Assembly (NCBI RefSeq): GCF_963921235.1
Contig: NC_086097.1
Coordinates: 32,304,001 to 32,368,000, forward strand
DNA length: 64,000 bases
Source of the DNA: Mobula hypostoma
Taxonomy: Eukaryota
Direction: 5' to 3'
Below the pieces are notes generated by a model, which saw nothing but the letters and a program-made list of their open reading frames with translations, was not told the origin of the DNA and did not search any database. A program made the position numbers and the translations under genes. Positions 13,314-25,900 of this stretch are shown here, piece by piece (position 1 is the first letter of the stretch; each line of letters begins with the position of its first letter).

Positions 13314-13596
13314 TCATTTCCCAATACAAAGTTCACCCCAAGAGGGACAATCTACATGTTGTTTCAAGAAACTCTCCTAAGTACACCAAACACATTCTGC
13401 TACATCTGAACCCCAAAACTAAGAGGGTCACAATCAAGTTAACATCACTCACTACAATAATCTTAGTTTTTGTTCCAGACCACCCCTCTATCTTCTCAGG
13501 TGCTACCAGTGTGTTCCTTCAGCAGTTTGTGTGCTTTCCCTCTCCAGATCCCAGTATTTGCAATTTATTTTTAATATATTAACTTTAATTGTCAGG

Positions 13597-14105
13597 TACA
13601 CTCAGTAGTCACTTTTTAAGTACACCTGTACACCTGCTCGTTAATGCAAATATCTAATCAGCCAATCACGTGGCAGCAACTCAATGCATCAAAGCATGCA
13701 GACATGGTCAAGAGGTTCAGTTGTTGTTCAGAACAAACATCAGAATGGGGAAGAAACGTGGTCTAAGTGACTTTAGCTGTGGAATGATTGTTGGTGCCGG
13801 ATGGGGTGGTTTGGGTATCTCAGAAACTGCCGATCTCCCGGGATTTTCACGCACAACAGTTCCTAGCGTTAACAGAGAATGATGTGACAGTTTGTGGGCG
13901 AAAATACCTTGTTAATGAGAGAGGTTAGAGGAGAAAGGCCAGACTGATTCAAGCTGACAGGAAGGTGACAATAACTGAAATAATCACACATTGCAACGGC
14001 GGTGTGCAGAAGAGCATCTCTGAATGCACAGCATGTCGAACCTTGAAATGGATGGGCTACAGTAGCAGGAAACCACACTGAGTTCCACTCCTGTACCTAA
14101 TAAAG
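13597..14105 (+). mobile_element. Tc1/mariner non-autonomous element
   Basis: TA-CACTCAGT...CACTTT.TAAGTACAC end, HTH remnant (MGKKRGLSDFSCGMIVGAGWGGLGISETADL) and a partial opposite TIR GTACCTAATAAAG cut by a SINE. Confidence 0.8.
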
Positions 14106-14584
14106 ATTAGCTTCATTTGTCACATCAGAACATACAGTGAAGTGCATCAAATCAGCAGGATTGTACTGGAGGCAGCCAGAAGTGTCGCCATGCTTCCGGC
14201 GCCAACATAGCATGCCCACAACTTAATATCCCGTATGCCTTTGGAGTGCGGGAGAAAAACCGGCTTATCCAGAGGAAGCCCACAAAGTCACAGGGAGAGC
14301 GTACAAACTCATTACAGACAGCAACGAGGATTAAACCCCGATCTTACAGCCGGCGTTGTAAAGCGTTACGCTAACCTGTACGCTGCTGTGCCGCCCCGAA
14401 AAAACTGAGCTATTAAACTGATAAGAACAGATACTGTGTCTCCACTGCAATAACCCTTCTGATTTTACGTGTGTTCAATATCGACCTGTGTATCTGCTCC
14501 TCAAACCCCCACTGGTCGTTGAGGCCTATGGTGTCACCCCATCAATAGCGGCTGTACTTTTCCTGTAGAGCACTGCAGCACGGG

Positions 14585-14930
14585 CCCCGGAGTGTGTGAT
14601 GGCACAGGAGGGTGCTTCAAGCTGCATCTTACCCCCGGAGTTTGTGATGGGACGCTGTGGAGGGAGTCTCGATGTGTCTGTGTGTGATGGGACGGTGCTT
14701 TGAGAGCTTCGCTCTGTATCTGACCTGGGAGTGTGTGATGGGACGGTGCGGAGGGAGTTTCATTCTGTGTCTGACCCGGGAAGTGTGTGGTGGGGCGGTG
14801 TGGAGAGAGTTTCACTCTGTGTCTGACCCAGGAGTGTGTGAATGGACGATGAAGAGGGAGATTCACTCTGTGTCTGACCCGGGAAGTGTGCTTTGGGACT
14901 GTGTAGAGGGAGCCTCACTATGTCTGAGTC
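14585..14930. repeat. About 50-bp minisatellite (CCCGGGAGTGTGTGATGGGACGGTGTGGAGGGAGCTTCACTCTGTGTCTGA-type), about 7 diverged copies
   Basis: Visible tandem periodicity. Confidence 0.85.
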
Positions 14931-15089
14931 GATATCTATCCCATCCCAAGGAAACACAAAGGATTAAAATCCAAAGGACTAAAGAGCTGTTAATAAACCT
15001 GGCAACTGTCAACTGGCAAGTAACCACTCTGCCGCAAGCCTAAAATATTTTGTTCCAACCAGCCATATCCCTGCGCCTCGTGTACTTAC

Positions 15090-15163
15090 TTATGTTCCCA
15101 TTGGCAACAAAACACACACACACACACAAACACAGAGAGAAGGCGTAGCTCCTTCTGTTCCAT
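15090..15163 (-). CDS. Candidate first exon with signal-peptide-like ORF (MEQKELRLLSVFVCVCVFCCQWEH|)
   Basis: Kozak GACATGG, consensus donor AA|GTAAGT and tandem CCAAT boxes about 90-120 nt upstream. The hydrophobic stretch is partly a (TG)n microsatellite, so coding status is uncertain. Confidence 0.3.
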
Positions 15164-15249
15164 GTCTACACAAGTTATTCGCAAGGAGGAGCGTGTTAGT
15201 GTCTCTCAGAGTCGATTCTGAATCGGGGACATAGCCCTGCCTCCTCTGT

Positions 15250-15286
15250 CCAATCGTAATGGGGCCCCCTAATTCTTCCGTCCAAT
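15250..15286. promoter_or_regulatory. Tandem CCAAT (NF-Y-type) boxes 32 bp apart
   Basis: GTCCAATCGT occurs twice (CCAAT at 15250 and 15282) in unique sequence just upstream of the candidate exon at 15163. Confidence 0.45.
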
Positions 15287-17439
15287 CGTCCGGTGGGTCC
15301 CGCTGCCTCCTCCATTCAAACATCTGATCAGACCCTCACTGTTTCCTCCCTACAGTTCACTGTATAAGTGAGCTTAATCTACATCTTCATAAACTAACCA
15401 GAGATTTAAAATTAACAGAGTGCTTCGTGCGTTTGGAAAAGAAGAAACCACTTTAATGCTCTCCCCTCTACCCCACCACTTCGCGGCGCTCATCACCACA
15501 ATCCCCCCCGCCCCCCAACCACCACCCCCACCCTTCGCTCTTCTCTGTCCTGCAACAACTCCCCCACTCATTCCTCCTCCCCTGCCCGGTACCTAACCAT
15601 TGATTGTCATTGAGAAATGAAAGGTGCAGTTGCCGTTTGGGAGTCGGGAGACGGGCGGAGATTGCCGGAGCCCTAATCACAGTGAGGAGGAGGACACACG
15701 CCTAACTCATACAACAGTGTGTGACAACTCCTTCCCTGCTCCTCCCCTCCTCTCGGTTGATGCGTCGCAGGCAGGAACAGCTCATTGGCGAGTTCCGAGT
15801 TCTTTTATTCTTGGTGCCTGTTTTCGTTTCTCGCTCCTCCCCGAATCTGTGATTCAGATTCAGCTTCCAGTTCCGATTCAGATTTATTTACTACGTGTAC
15901 ATGGAAACATACAGTGAAATGCAACACACACAAAATGCCGGATAATCGGGCCCGAGGTCCTGAAGTGTCTCGGCCCGAAACGTCGACACCTCTCCACAGA
16001 TGCTGCTTGACCTGTTGAGTCATTTGGACTGTGAGGAGCCCCAGCTCGTTTATGTACCGGAATGGGTTGCTTCTGACGTTTTAGTGCACGTCAGCCCTGC
16101 GCTCCTGATCTCCGCACGCTTGCCTCCCACCCCTTGCGAGCTCCGGCGGTCCCTGCGGAGAGGGACCAGGCGGGGAACACCTGCTTGGAGCGGTGGGCAC
16201 CACAGGGCTGGAGTGCGTCCTCGCTAGGGATGACCACGTTGTAAATTGAATGTTTGGAAATAATGTAAGTGTGTACTGTAAATACACCTCGTTGTAAAAT
16301 AAATGCAGAAAGCAAACAGTCTGGAACCCGAAGAGTGAACCCAGGGCAGCAAGGGTCAGAGGAGATGAGGTAACCGCCTATCTAAAAGTTACCCGAAAGT
16401 TGGAGGGTTGGGCTGTATAGAAGAGGGGTCCCATTCACATGACTTCTGCCCCGCCCATCTGGACCAACTGGTTCACTCTGGGACGTTCTCGCACTGACGT
16501 CCCCCCAGGCATGGGTCGTCACACCCAGAAGTGAACTAGATCTGTCTGATCCTCCAATTCCTTCCTCTCCTCCCCCTCTGCCCTAAACTCTCATAGTCAC
16601 CGGAAAAGGTGCCGACCCAAATGAACCCACGACTGGCCGACCCCCCACCCCCACCCCTCACACACACACGCACGTACAAATAAATGTTAACAAAGGATAG
16701 TGAGAATTGAGGGGCAGTATGAGGTAAATGACTCCGCTCCGTCTACACCGCTCGTTGCCTCTGTAGAGTAGTCGGTATAATCAAAGTCCCCTCCCACCCC
16801 GATCATTCTGAAGGTACGTACCACCAGGCTGAAGGTCAGCTTCTACCTCGCTGTTATAAAAGCAATAGAACATGACCACAGCAGCACTTTATAGGCCCTT
16901 CGGCCCACAATGTGCTGACCTTTCAACCTATTATAAGAACTAACTACTCCTTGCCTCCCACATAGCCCCCCGCCCACCATTTTTCGATCATCTACGTGCC
17001 CATTTAAGAGTCTCCTAAATGTCCCTAATATAACTGCCTCTACATACCCCGTGGCAGCATGTTCCACGCACTCACCACTCTCCAGGTAAAAAAAAATACC
17101 TCTGACAACCTCCCTATACTTTTCTCCAATCGCCTTAATCTTATACTTTTTCGTATTAGCCATTAATACTCTGGAACAAATCTCTCACACACCAAAGATG
17201 TACTCTTGATATCCAACCTATCTCGTCCTGGCCTTTGCACCTTATTGTCTACCTATTCCGCGCTTCCTCCGTGACTGCAAGATTTTATTCTGCGTTCTTG
17301 CCTAATGTGTGGAATGATCTATTTGTGTACCCTGATACCTGTGACAACGGTAAACACTTTACCAATCACAACGGGGGGGGGGGGGCGAGCAGTAGCCTAC
17401 TCGGCTCCCTTCCGTCCTGCCGCCAGCTGCCTCCCTCAC

Positions 17440-17518
17440 CTTGCAACGCGGACTTCACGCCGTCGATGTCGATCTCGTCCTCCTCTTCTAGCTCCGCGGC
17501 GCTGCCTGCGTGCCTCAT
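17440..17518 (-). CDS. Candidate first coding exon of an unidentified gene (MRHAGSAAELEEEDEIDIDGVKSALQ|)
   Basis: Unique CpG-rich sequence, ATG in good context (GGCAGGATGA), GC3-rich codons and a strong phase-1 donor CAAG|GTGAGG. An upstream polypyrimidine/CAG near 17755 may be an acceptor for a 5'UTR portion. Confidence 0.45.
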
Positions 17519-19262
17519 CCTGCCCGCCGTCGGTTTCAGGAGGACAGGGCTGGACGAGCGATCCCGCTCACGGTACTGGGCAGTTCGCCGCAGCTGCTGC
17601 GAGTGAGGGGAACCTACAGCCCGCCGGCACCGGCGACAAGGGCGTCTCCACCTCACCCAAATATCTTGGCCGCTTTTTCTTCGTTACGACTGTGTCTGAG
17701 TTGGAGTGTTCGCCTGGATTTCATCCAGTTCCTTATTTACAAATGAGTGCAGAGCTGGGACGGTGGGATCAGAGAGAGAGAGGCAGGGAAAACCACTCCC
17801 TCTCTCTCACACACTGGACACCTCCTCAGGGAACCCCGCTCACACAGGAACTGGCAGGCGAGGAGAAATGAACAGCACCCGGAGTCTCGGCTGTTTCCCA
17901 CCTGCGCGGTGTGTGAGCGGGTTGTGGCGCCGAACTGGACATCGGACGCCTCCCTAGGATCAACCCCCACACACACCCCCGTGGGGGCAGCGCTTGGGAA
18001 CATCGGGGGAGGTGGTTAGGGATTGAAACCCGCAGTCTCATCTCCAGGCCGCTTCCTGGAGCAGTGGGGGAGGGGATGGGACCCTACGTTTTCCCCTCCC
18101 CATGCCAGGGTGCTGACCTTCATCGGGGAACCGGTCTCTCCATGCCCCATGGCGCTGTAAACTTCATCCCCACGCCTCCTTAATTCTGTCTCGAGTCCCC
18201 TTTCTTCAAAAACCTAATGATGGGTCACAGCCTGAAACATGAACTGCTTATTCTTCTCTTTAAGTGCTGCCTGCCCTGCAGAGTTCCTCCGGGATTTTGT
18301 GTATTGTAGCCCACACCACGGGAATTGAAAATCCTTACACACTTGTTTGACAAGTTCCTTTTACCACTGTGTATTGCTCTGCTCCAGCTCAATAGCTTCC
18401 CCCATTGCACAGACTCTTCGAGCTAATACAGAATCTCCGTCCTTCCTTCGGTTACTGTGGTTGCTAAAGTACATATTTGGAGACCAGCCTTTCAGAGTCA
18501 TGCGTTGGTTTTGCATTGAACCACGTACTTTGCATATTTTCCCACTGCCTGTTTGCAGGCTCACAGGCCAGATACTGGATTATTGACACAATCCTCCATT
18601 GTCAAAGGACATCAAGCCAGAGAGTTGGATATCACAGAAACTGGCCCTTTGGCCCAACCCGTCCATCCCAACCTTTCTGGGCCAGTCCCGTTTGCCCGCA
18701 TTTCGCTGATATCCCTTTAAACCTTCCTCTAGTCAGGTACCTGTCCAACTGTATTTTAAAATGCAATTGTACCAGCTTCTACCTCTGGCAGCTCATTCTT
18801 TCTACCCACCACCCCCCTCAGGTCCCCTTTAAATCTCCCCCTTCTCAACTTAAACATGTGCCCTCTATTTTCTGATTCCACGACTATGAGAAAAAGTCTG
18901 TGCACATTCAACCTACCTATGCCCCTCATGATTTTATAGACCTCCTTGTTGCCACCATCAAGGAGGAGGACCCACACACAGCAATCTTCCCCTCCACCAA
19001 CAGATCTCTGAACAGTCCATGAACCCAAGAACACCACTTAATCATTCCTCTTTGCACCATTTATTCGTTGTTACAAATTACAATAATTTTATGTTTCGCA
19101 CTGTACTGCTGTCACAAAGCTACAATTTATGACTTATGTTACAATCTTCATAAACTTGATTCTGAACTCTGCTTTTGTCCTATGTCCAGTAGAAAATAGT
19201 CCCAACCTGCTCTACCTCTCTCTATAACTCAGTCTCCTGAGTCCCATCAATATCCTTGTAAA

Positions 19263-19463
19263 CACAAGATATTCTGCAGACAATGAAAATCTGGAGCAAC
19301 ACACACACTCACGATGCTGATTTGTTGAGTTGCAAGTTAGGCAGCTTCTACAGAGGGGAACAGCCAATGTTTCAGGCCCAGACCCTTCCTCAGGATTCTT
19401 ACCGATAAAGAGTCTCGGGCCAAAACATTGACTGTTTATTCCCCTCCGTAGAACACTTTTTTT
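19263..19463 (-). mobile_element. Short non-autonomous Penelope-derived insertion in a CR1 fragment
   Basis: PLE terminal motifs flanked by a duplicated TTGTAAA. Confidence 0.65.
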
Positions 19464-22400
19464 TTGTAAATCTCCTCCGCAGGGATCTGTAATGGGACCC
19501 CTACTCTTTGTGATTTTTATAAATCACTTGGACAAGGAAGTGGAAGGGAGGGTTAGCAAGTTTGCAGATGACACAGAGGCTGGTGGTGTTGTGGGTAGTG
19601 TAGAAGGTTGTCATAGCTTGATAGGATGCAGAGCCGTGCTTGAGAAGTGGAGTTCAACCCAGAAAAGTATGAAGTGCTTCACTTTGGAAGGTTGAACTTA
19701 AAAGCAGAATGCGGAGTTTATCACAGGATTCTTAGCAGTTTGGAAGAATAGAAGGATCTTGGGTTCCACATCTATAGATCTCTCAAAGTTGCAGCACAAA
19801 CTAATAGGGTGGTTAAAAAGGGCATATGGCATTTCCCTGTACTTCGGTTCATTTAACAATAATAAGCCACTCCCTCCCTCCCATTTATTGTGCATTCCCC
19901 TGCCTGTGTGCTGGCAAATAGGATTAGAAAGGACAGGGAAAATAATAACAGAGTGCAGAATAAAGAGTTACAGTCTCGAAAAAGTGCAGTGCAAATAGAG
20001 AAGGCTCAAAGGTTCATTTATTATCAACATATGTATGCGGAATACAACTCTGAGATTCATCTTCGCCAGATAGCCATGAAACAAAGAAATTCGTGAAAGT
20101 CATTCAAAGAAAAACATCAACCCTTCTGCCAAAAAACCCCAAATTGAGCCAAACAGCAACTTGAAAGAATGGCAACACAATCATCAACAGCCCCATGTGA
20201 AAAAAAAGCACAAATGAAAGGTTGAGGGGGGAATTGATGGAGGTGTTTAACATTATGAGGAGGATTGATAGAGTTGACGTGGATAGGTTTTTTCCATTGA
20301 GAGTGGGGGAGATTCAAACAAGAGGACATGAGTTGAGAGTTAAAGGGCAAAAGTTTAGGGGTAACACCAGCACTCAGAGAATGGTGGCTGTGTGGAACGA
20401 GCTTCCAGCAGAAGTGGTTGAGGCAGGTTCGTTGTTGTCGTTTAAAGTTAAGTTGGATAGATATATGGACAGGAAGGGAATGGAGGGTTATGGACCGAGT
20501 GCAGGTCGGTGGAACTAGGTGAGAGTAGGAGTTCGGCACGGACTAGAAGGGCCAAGATGGCCTGTTTCCGTGCTGTAATTGTTATATGGTTAGATGTCAA
20601 CAAGAACATCAACTCCCAACCCCTCCACACACAAAAAACTAACAAATTGCACCAAGCAGCAAGAAGAAAGAATGGGTGCAAGGTCACAATGAGGTACATT
20701 GTGAGGTCAGGAGTCCATTTTACAGCATCATACTCGGGGATTATTCAGTAGTCTTATAGCAGTGGGATTGAAGCTGTCCTTCAGCCTGGTGGTGTGTGCT
20801 TTCAGGCTTTTGTATCTCCTGACCGAAGGAAAGGGGGAGAAGTGAGAATGACCATGTGGGTTGGAGTCTTTGATTATGCTGGCTGCTTTACCAAGACTGA
20901 CATAAAGTATCCATTTAATTTCTTTGCCATTTCCTTACCACGGGAACCCGTGGCTACAGCAGAGAGGAAGGCCATTCAGCCTATCATATCCATGCCAGCC
21001 CTCTACCAAAAGGACCAGAATTCAAGCCTCAGGCCCTTCTCTGTCGGCTTGCAAATCTTGCTCACCCACTTTTCCATTTCCCTTTGTTTGGTCACAGTAG
21101 AACCTGCCTCCTCCACGTCTGCTGGCAGAGTGGTCTAGATTCCAACCACACACACTGTAAAACAAAAGTCTTTCTGCATCTCACCCTGAATCCTGCCAGA
21201 TCTGTTGAGTGTTTTCCACATCTCCTTTTTTCTGTTTTACATTTCCATCACTTGCATTCTCTTTTTACTTTGTTTGCTGTGAAAATAGTTTCTCTACATC
21301 AAATATAATTGTACAGAATATTCCCTTATAAAAGCAAGGTCATTTTTTCAGTGGAAATTCACTTCAAGCCGACTTTCCCTTGCCCTAGTGTTAATATAAT
21401 TTTATACCTTAGGGGTTGCTGTCAAGAATCAGATATGAATACTAGCCAGTCAGGAGTTTCCATCAGGAAAATACTTAAAACGTGTGGCAAGTTAGTTGAG
21501 AGAAAACGCTGAGCTCTCCAGTGTGATAGGGCATATATATTGTCAGATTAGCACTTAGTTTGTGTTGGCATGGTGCCAGGCTAATGTCACCAGCTCTGAG
21601 TATTTGAGTTTTGTGTAAACAGTAACAAAATCAGAGTAAATGAAATGGATGTCCTGGTGTTGGAAGGTAAGGAAATCAGTGAAGTGAAAATGACTTCCAA
21701 ACGACCTGCTCAGCAAACACCGTAACTTTACTGTCAGGGTTCTTTCTGCCTTCTGTGTTAGAGCGTTAGATTGGGAGTCAGCAGAATCAGAATCAGATTT
21801 CTAATCAAGGCCCGTACAGATTAGATATGGCAAAGTTATTTCCCATGGTAGGGGATTCTAGGACAAGAGGGCACAACTTTAGGATTGAAGGACGTCCTTT
21901 TAGAACTGAAATGCAGAGAAATTACTTTAGTCAGAGGGTGGTAAATCTGTGGAATTTGTTGCCATGAGCGGCTGTGGAGGCCAAATCATTGGGTGTATTT
22001 AAGGCAGAGATAGATAGGTTCTTGATTAGCCAGGGCATCAAAGAGGATGGAGTGAAAGGAGGGGAGTGGAGATGGCCGGAAGAATTGGATCAGCCCATGA
22101 TTGAATGCCAGGGCAGACTCGATGGGCCAAATGGCCTACTTCCTCTCCTATATCTTATGAATCCTCTTCCCCTTTTATAACTGTGACCTATAGATCTTTC
22201 CACTCCACTAAAAGGAACAACCTGCCACTGTCCACACCCCCTATCATTTTACACCCCTATAACACATCTCCCCTCAGTCTGCTGGAAAGAAACCAGACCC
22301 TCCCCCTCTCAGGTATCCTAAATTAAAGTCCCCCATCTCAGGGACCATTCTCAAACTTCCTCTAGACCCCATCTAACATCCTTACATCTTTCCCGTAACG

Positions 22401-22989
22401 AGGCAACCAGAACTGTATATCATACTTAAGGATCAACTTTATTTGCAATATACATTTACATGTATTTAGGGATTTGCTGTGGGGTGTTCGCATGGCATGC
22501 AATAAAAATGAACCACATTCGGTGTTATGTAAAAACTCTGCAGAGAGGTGTAGATTCAATCAGCTCTCTCATGGGCGCAAACCTGCCCACCATTGAGGAC
22601 ATCTCCAAAGTGTAGTTCCTCAATAATTGATACAATTGTATTTCTATACTGCATTGATTGTCCTGTTGTACATACTATTACTATAAATTGCACATTTAGA
22701 CCGAGACATAACGTAAAGATTTTTACATGTATGTGAAGGATGAAAGTAATAAAGTCAATTCAATTCAAGCCAGCATCCATCAATATCCAGCATTCTTCAA
22801 ATTACCACCATCAGATTTCTGAATGATCATGAACCCATGAACACTACTTCACTATTCCTCTTTCGAAAGAAAAAAGATTAACTTTGTCTGCCACATGTAC
22901 AATGAAACAAAGTGAAATGCACCACTTGCATCGGAAATGTGCTGGGGCAGACTTCAAGTGTCGCCATGCTTCTGGCTCTAACATATAAA

Positions 22990-25900
22990 TGCCATTGGAA
23001 ATTTTCATGTTTTATTGTTTTACAACATTGAATAACAGCAGATTTATTTTGGCTTTTTTTTGACACTGATCAACAGAAAAGACTCGTGTCAGAGTGAAAA
23101 CAAATTTCGACAAATTGGTGAAACATAATTGATTCCATTATTACCCACCCTCCCCCCTTCAAGTCATTATTTAGTAGATGCACCTTTGGCAGCAATTACA
23201 GCCTCAGGTCTGTGTGGATAGGTCTTTATCAGTTTTGTGCATCTGGATACTGCAATTTTTCCCCATTCTTCTTTATAAAACTGCTCAAACTCTGTCAGAT
23301 TGCATGGGAATCATGAAGGAACAGTCCTTTTCAAGTCTAGCCACAAATCTGCAATTTGATTGAGATTTGGACTCTGATATTAACTTTGTTAAAACCATAG
23401 ACACCCTAGAAACTACAGCACAGAAACAGGCCTTTTGGCCCTTCTTGGCTGTGCCAAACCATTTTCTGCCTAGTCCCACTGACCTGCACACGGACCATAT
23501 CCCTCCATACACTTCCCATCCATGTATCTGTCCAATTTATTCTTAAATGTTAAAAAAGAACCCGCATTTACCACCTCGTCTGGCAGCTCATTCCATACTC
23601 CCACCTCTCTCTGTGTGAAGAAGCCCCCGTTAATGTTCCCTTTAAACTTTTCTCCCCTCACCCTTAACCCATGTCCTCTGGTTTTTTCTCCCCTTGCCTC
23701 AGTGGAAAAAGCCTGCTTGCATTCACTCTATCTATACCCATCATAATTTTATATACCTCTATCAAATCTCCCCTCATTCTTCTACGCACCAGGGAATAAA
23801 GTCCTAACCTATTCAACCTTTCTCTGTAACTGAGTTTCTCAAGTCCCGGCAACATCCTTGTAAACCTTCTCTCCACTCTTTCAACCTTATTTATATCCTT
23901 CCTGTAATTTGGTGACCAAAACTGAACACAATACTCCAGATTCGGCCTCACCAATGCCTTATACAACCTCATCATAACATTCCAACTCTTATACGCAATA
24001 CTTTGATTAATAAAGGCCAATGTACCAAAAGCTCTCTTTACAACCCTATCTACCTGTGACGCCACTTTTAGGGAATTTTGTATCTGTATTCCCAGATCCC
24101 TCTGTTCCACTGCACTCCTCAGTGCCTTACCATTAGCCCTGTATGTTCTACCTTGGTTTGTCCTTCCAACATGCAATACCTCACACTTGTCTGTATTAAA
24201 CTCCATCTGCCATTTTTCAGCCCATTTTTCCAGCTGGTCCAAGTCCCACTGCAGGCTCTGAAAACCTTCCTCGCTGTCTACTACACCTCCAATCTTTGTA
24301 TCATCAGCAAATTTGCTGATCCAATTTACCACATTATCATCCAGATCATTGATATAGATGACAAATAACAATGGACCCAGCACTGATCCCTGTGGCACAC
24401 CACTAGTCACAGGCCTCCACTCGGAGAAGCAATTCTCTACCACCACTCTTTGGCTTCTTCCATTGAGCCATTGTCTAATCCAATTTACCACCTCTCCATG
24501 TATACCTAGCGACTGAATTTTCCTAACTAACCTCCCATGCGGGACCTTGTCAAAGGCCTTACTGAAGTCCATGTAGACAATATCCACTGCCTTCCCTTCA
24601 TCCACTTTCCTGGTAACCTCTTCGAAAAACTCCAATAGATTGGTCAAACATGACCTACCACACACAAAGCCATGTTGACTCTCCCTAATAAGTCCCTGTC
24701 TATCCAAATGATTGTAGATCCGGCCTCTTAGTACTCCCTCCAATATCTTACCTACTACCGACGTTAAACTTACTGGCCTATAATTTCCCGGATTACTTTT
24801 CAATCCTTTCTTAAACAACGGAACAACATGAGCCATTCTCCAATCCTCCAGCTCCTCACCTGTAGACAGCGACATTTTAAATATTTCTGCCAGGGCCCCT
24901 GCAATTTCAACACTAGTCTCCTTCAAGGTCCGAGGGAACACCCTGTCAGGTCCCGGGGATTTATCCACCTTAATTTTCCTCAAGACAGCAAGGACCTCCT
25001 CCTTTTCGATCTGTACAGTTTCCATGATCTCACTACTTGTTTCCCTTAATTCCATAGACTTCATGCCAGTTTCCTTAGTAAATACAGACGCAAAAAACCT
25101 ATTTAAGATCTCCCCCATTTCCTTTGGTTCCGCACATAGCCGACCACTCTGATCTTCAAGAGGACCAATTTTATCCCTTACAATCCTTTTGCTCTTAATA
25201 TACCTGTAAAAGCTCTTTGGATTATCCTTCACTTTGATTGCCAAGGCAACCTCATGTCTTCTTTTAGCCCTCCTGATTTCTTTCTTAAGTATTTTCTTGA
25301 ACTTCTTATACTCCTCAAGCACCTTATTTACTCCCTGCTTCCTATACATGGCATACAACTCCCTCTTCTTCTTTATCAGAGTTGCAATATCCCTTGAAAA
25401 CCAAGATTCCTATTCAATTTGCCTTTAATCCTGACAGGAACATACAAATTCTGCACTCTCAAAATTTCTCCTTTGAAGGCTTCCCACCTACCGATCACAT
25501 CCTTGCCAGAGAACAATCCACGCTTTTTAGGTCCTTTCTCATTTCTTCAAATTTGGCCTTCTTCCAGTTAAGAACCTCAACCCTAGGACCAGATCTATCC
25601 TTGTCCATGATCAAGTTGAAACTAATGGTGTTATGATCACTGGAACCAAAGTGTTCCCCGACACAGACTTCTGTCACTTGCCCTAATTCGTTTCCTAACA
25701 GGAGATCCAATATTGCATCCCCTCTAGTTGGTCCCTCTATATATTGATTTAGAAAACTTTCCTGAATACATTTTACAAACTCTAAACCATCTAGACCCCT
25801 AACAGTATGGGAGACCCAATCAATATATGGAAAATTAAAATCCCCTACCACCACAACTTTATGTTTCCTGCAGTTGCCTGCTATCTCTCTGCAGACTTGC

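Noticed and set aside
18361..18564. 67-aa minus-strand ORF in unique sequence as an upstream coding exon
   Set aside because: No recognisable homology, only a weak donor, and all three frames hit stops if spliced to the acceptor near 17754. It may be regulatory or UTR sequence.
23664..25358. Longest ORFs (564 aa here, 453 aa at 37731-39092) as host genes or a novel RT system
   Set aside because: Ordinary CR1 ORF2 with CR1 3' tails. They are truncated or deleted and have no dedicated partner genes.
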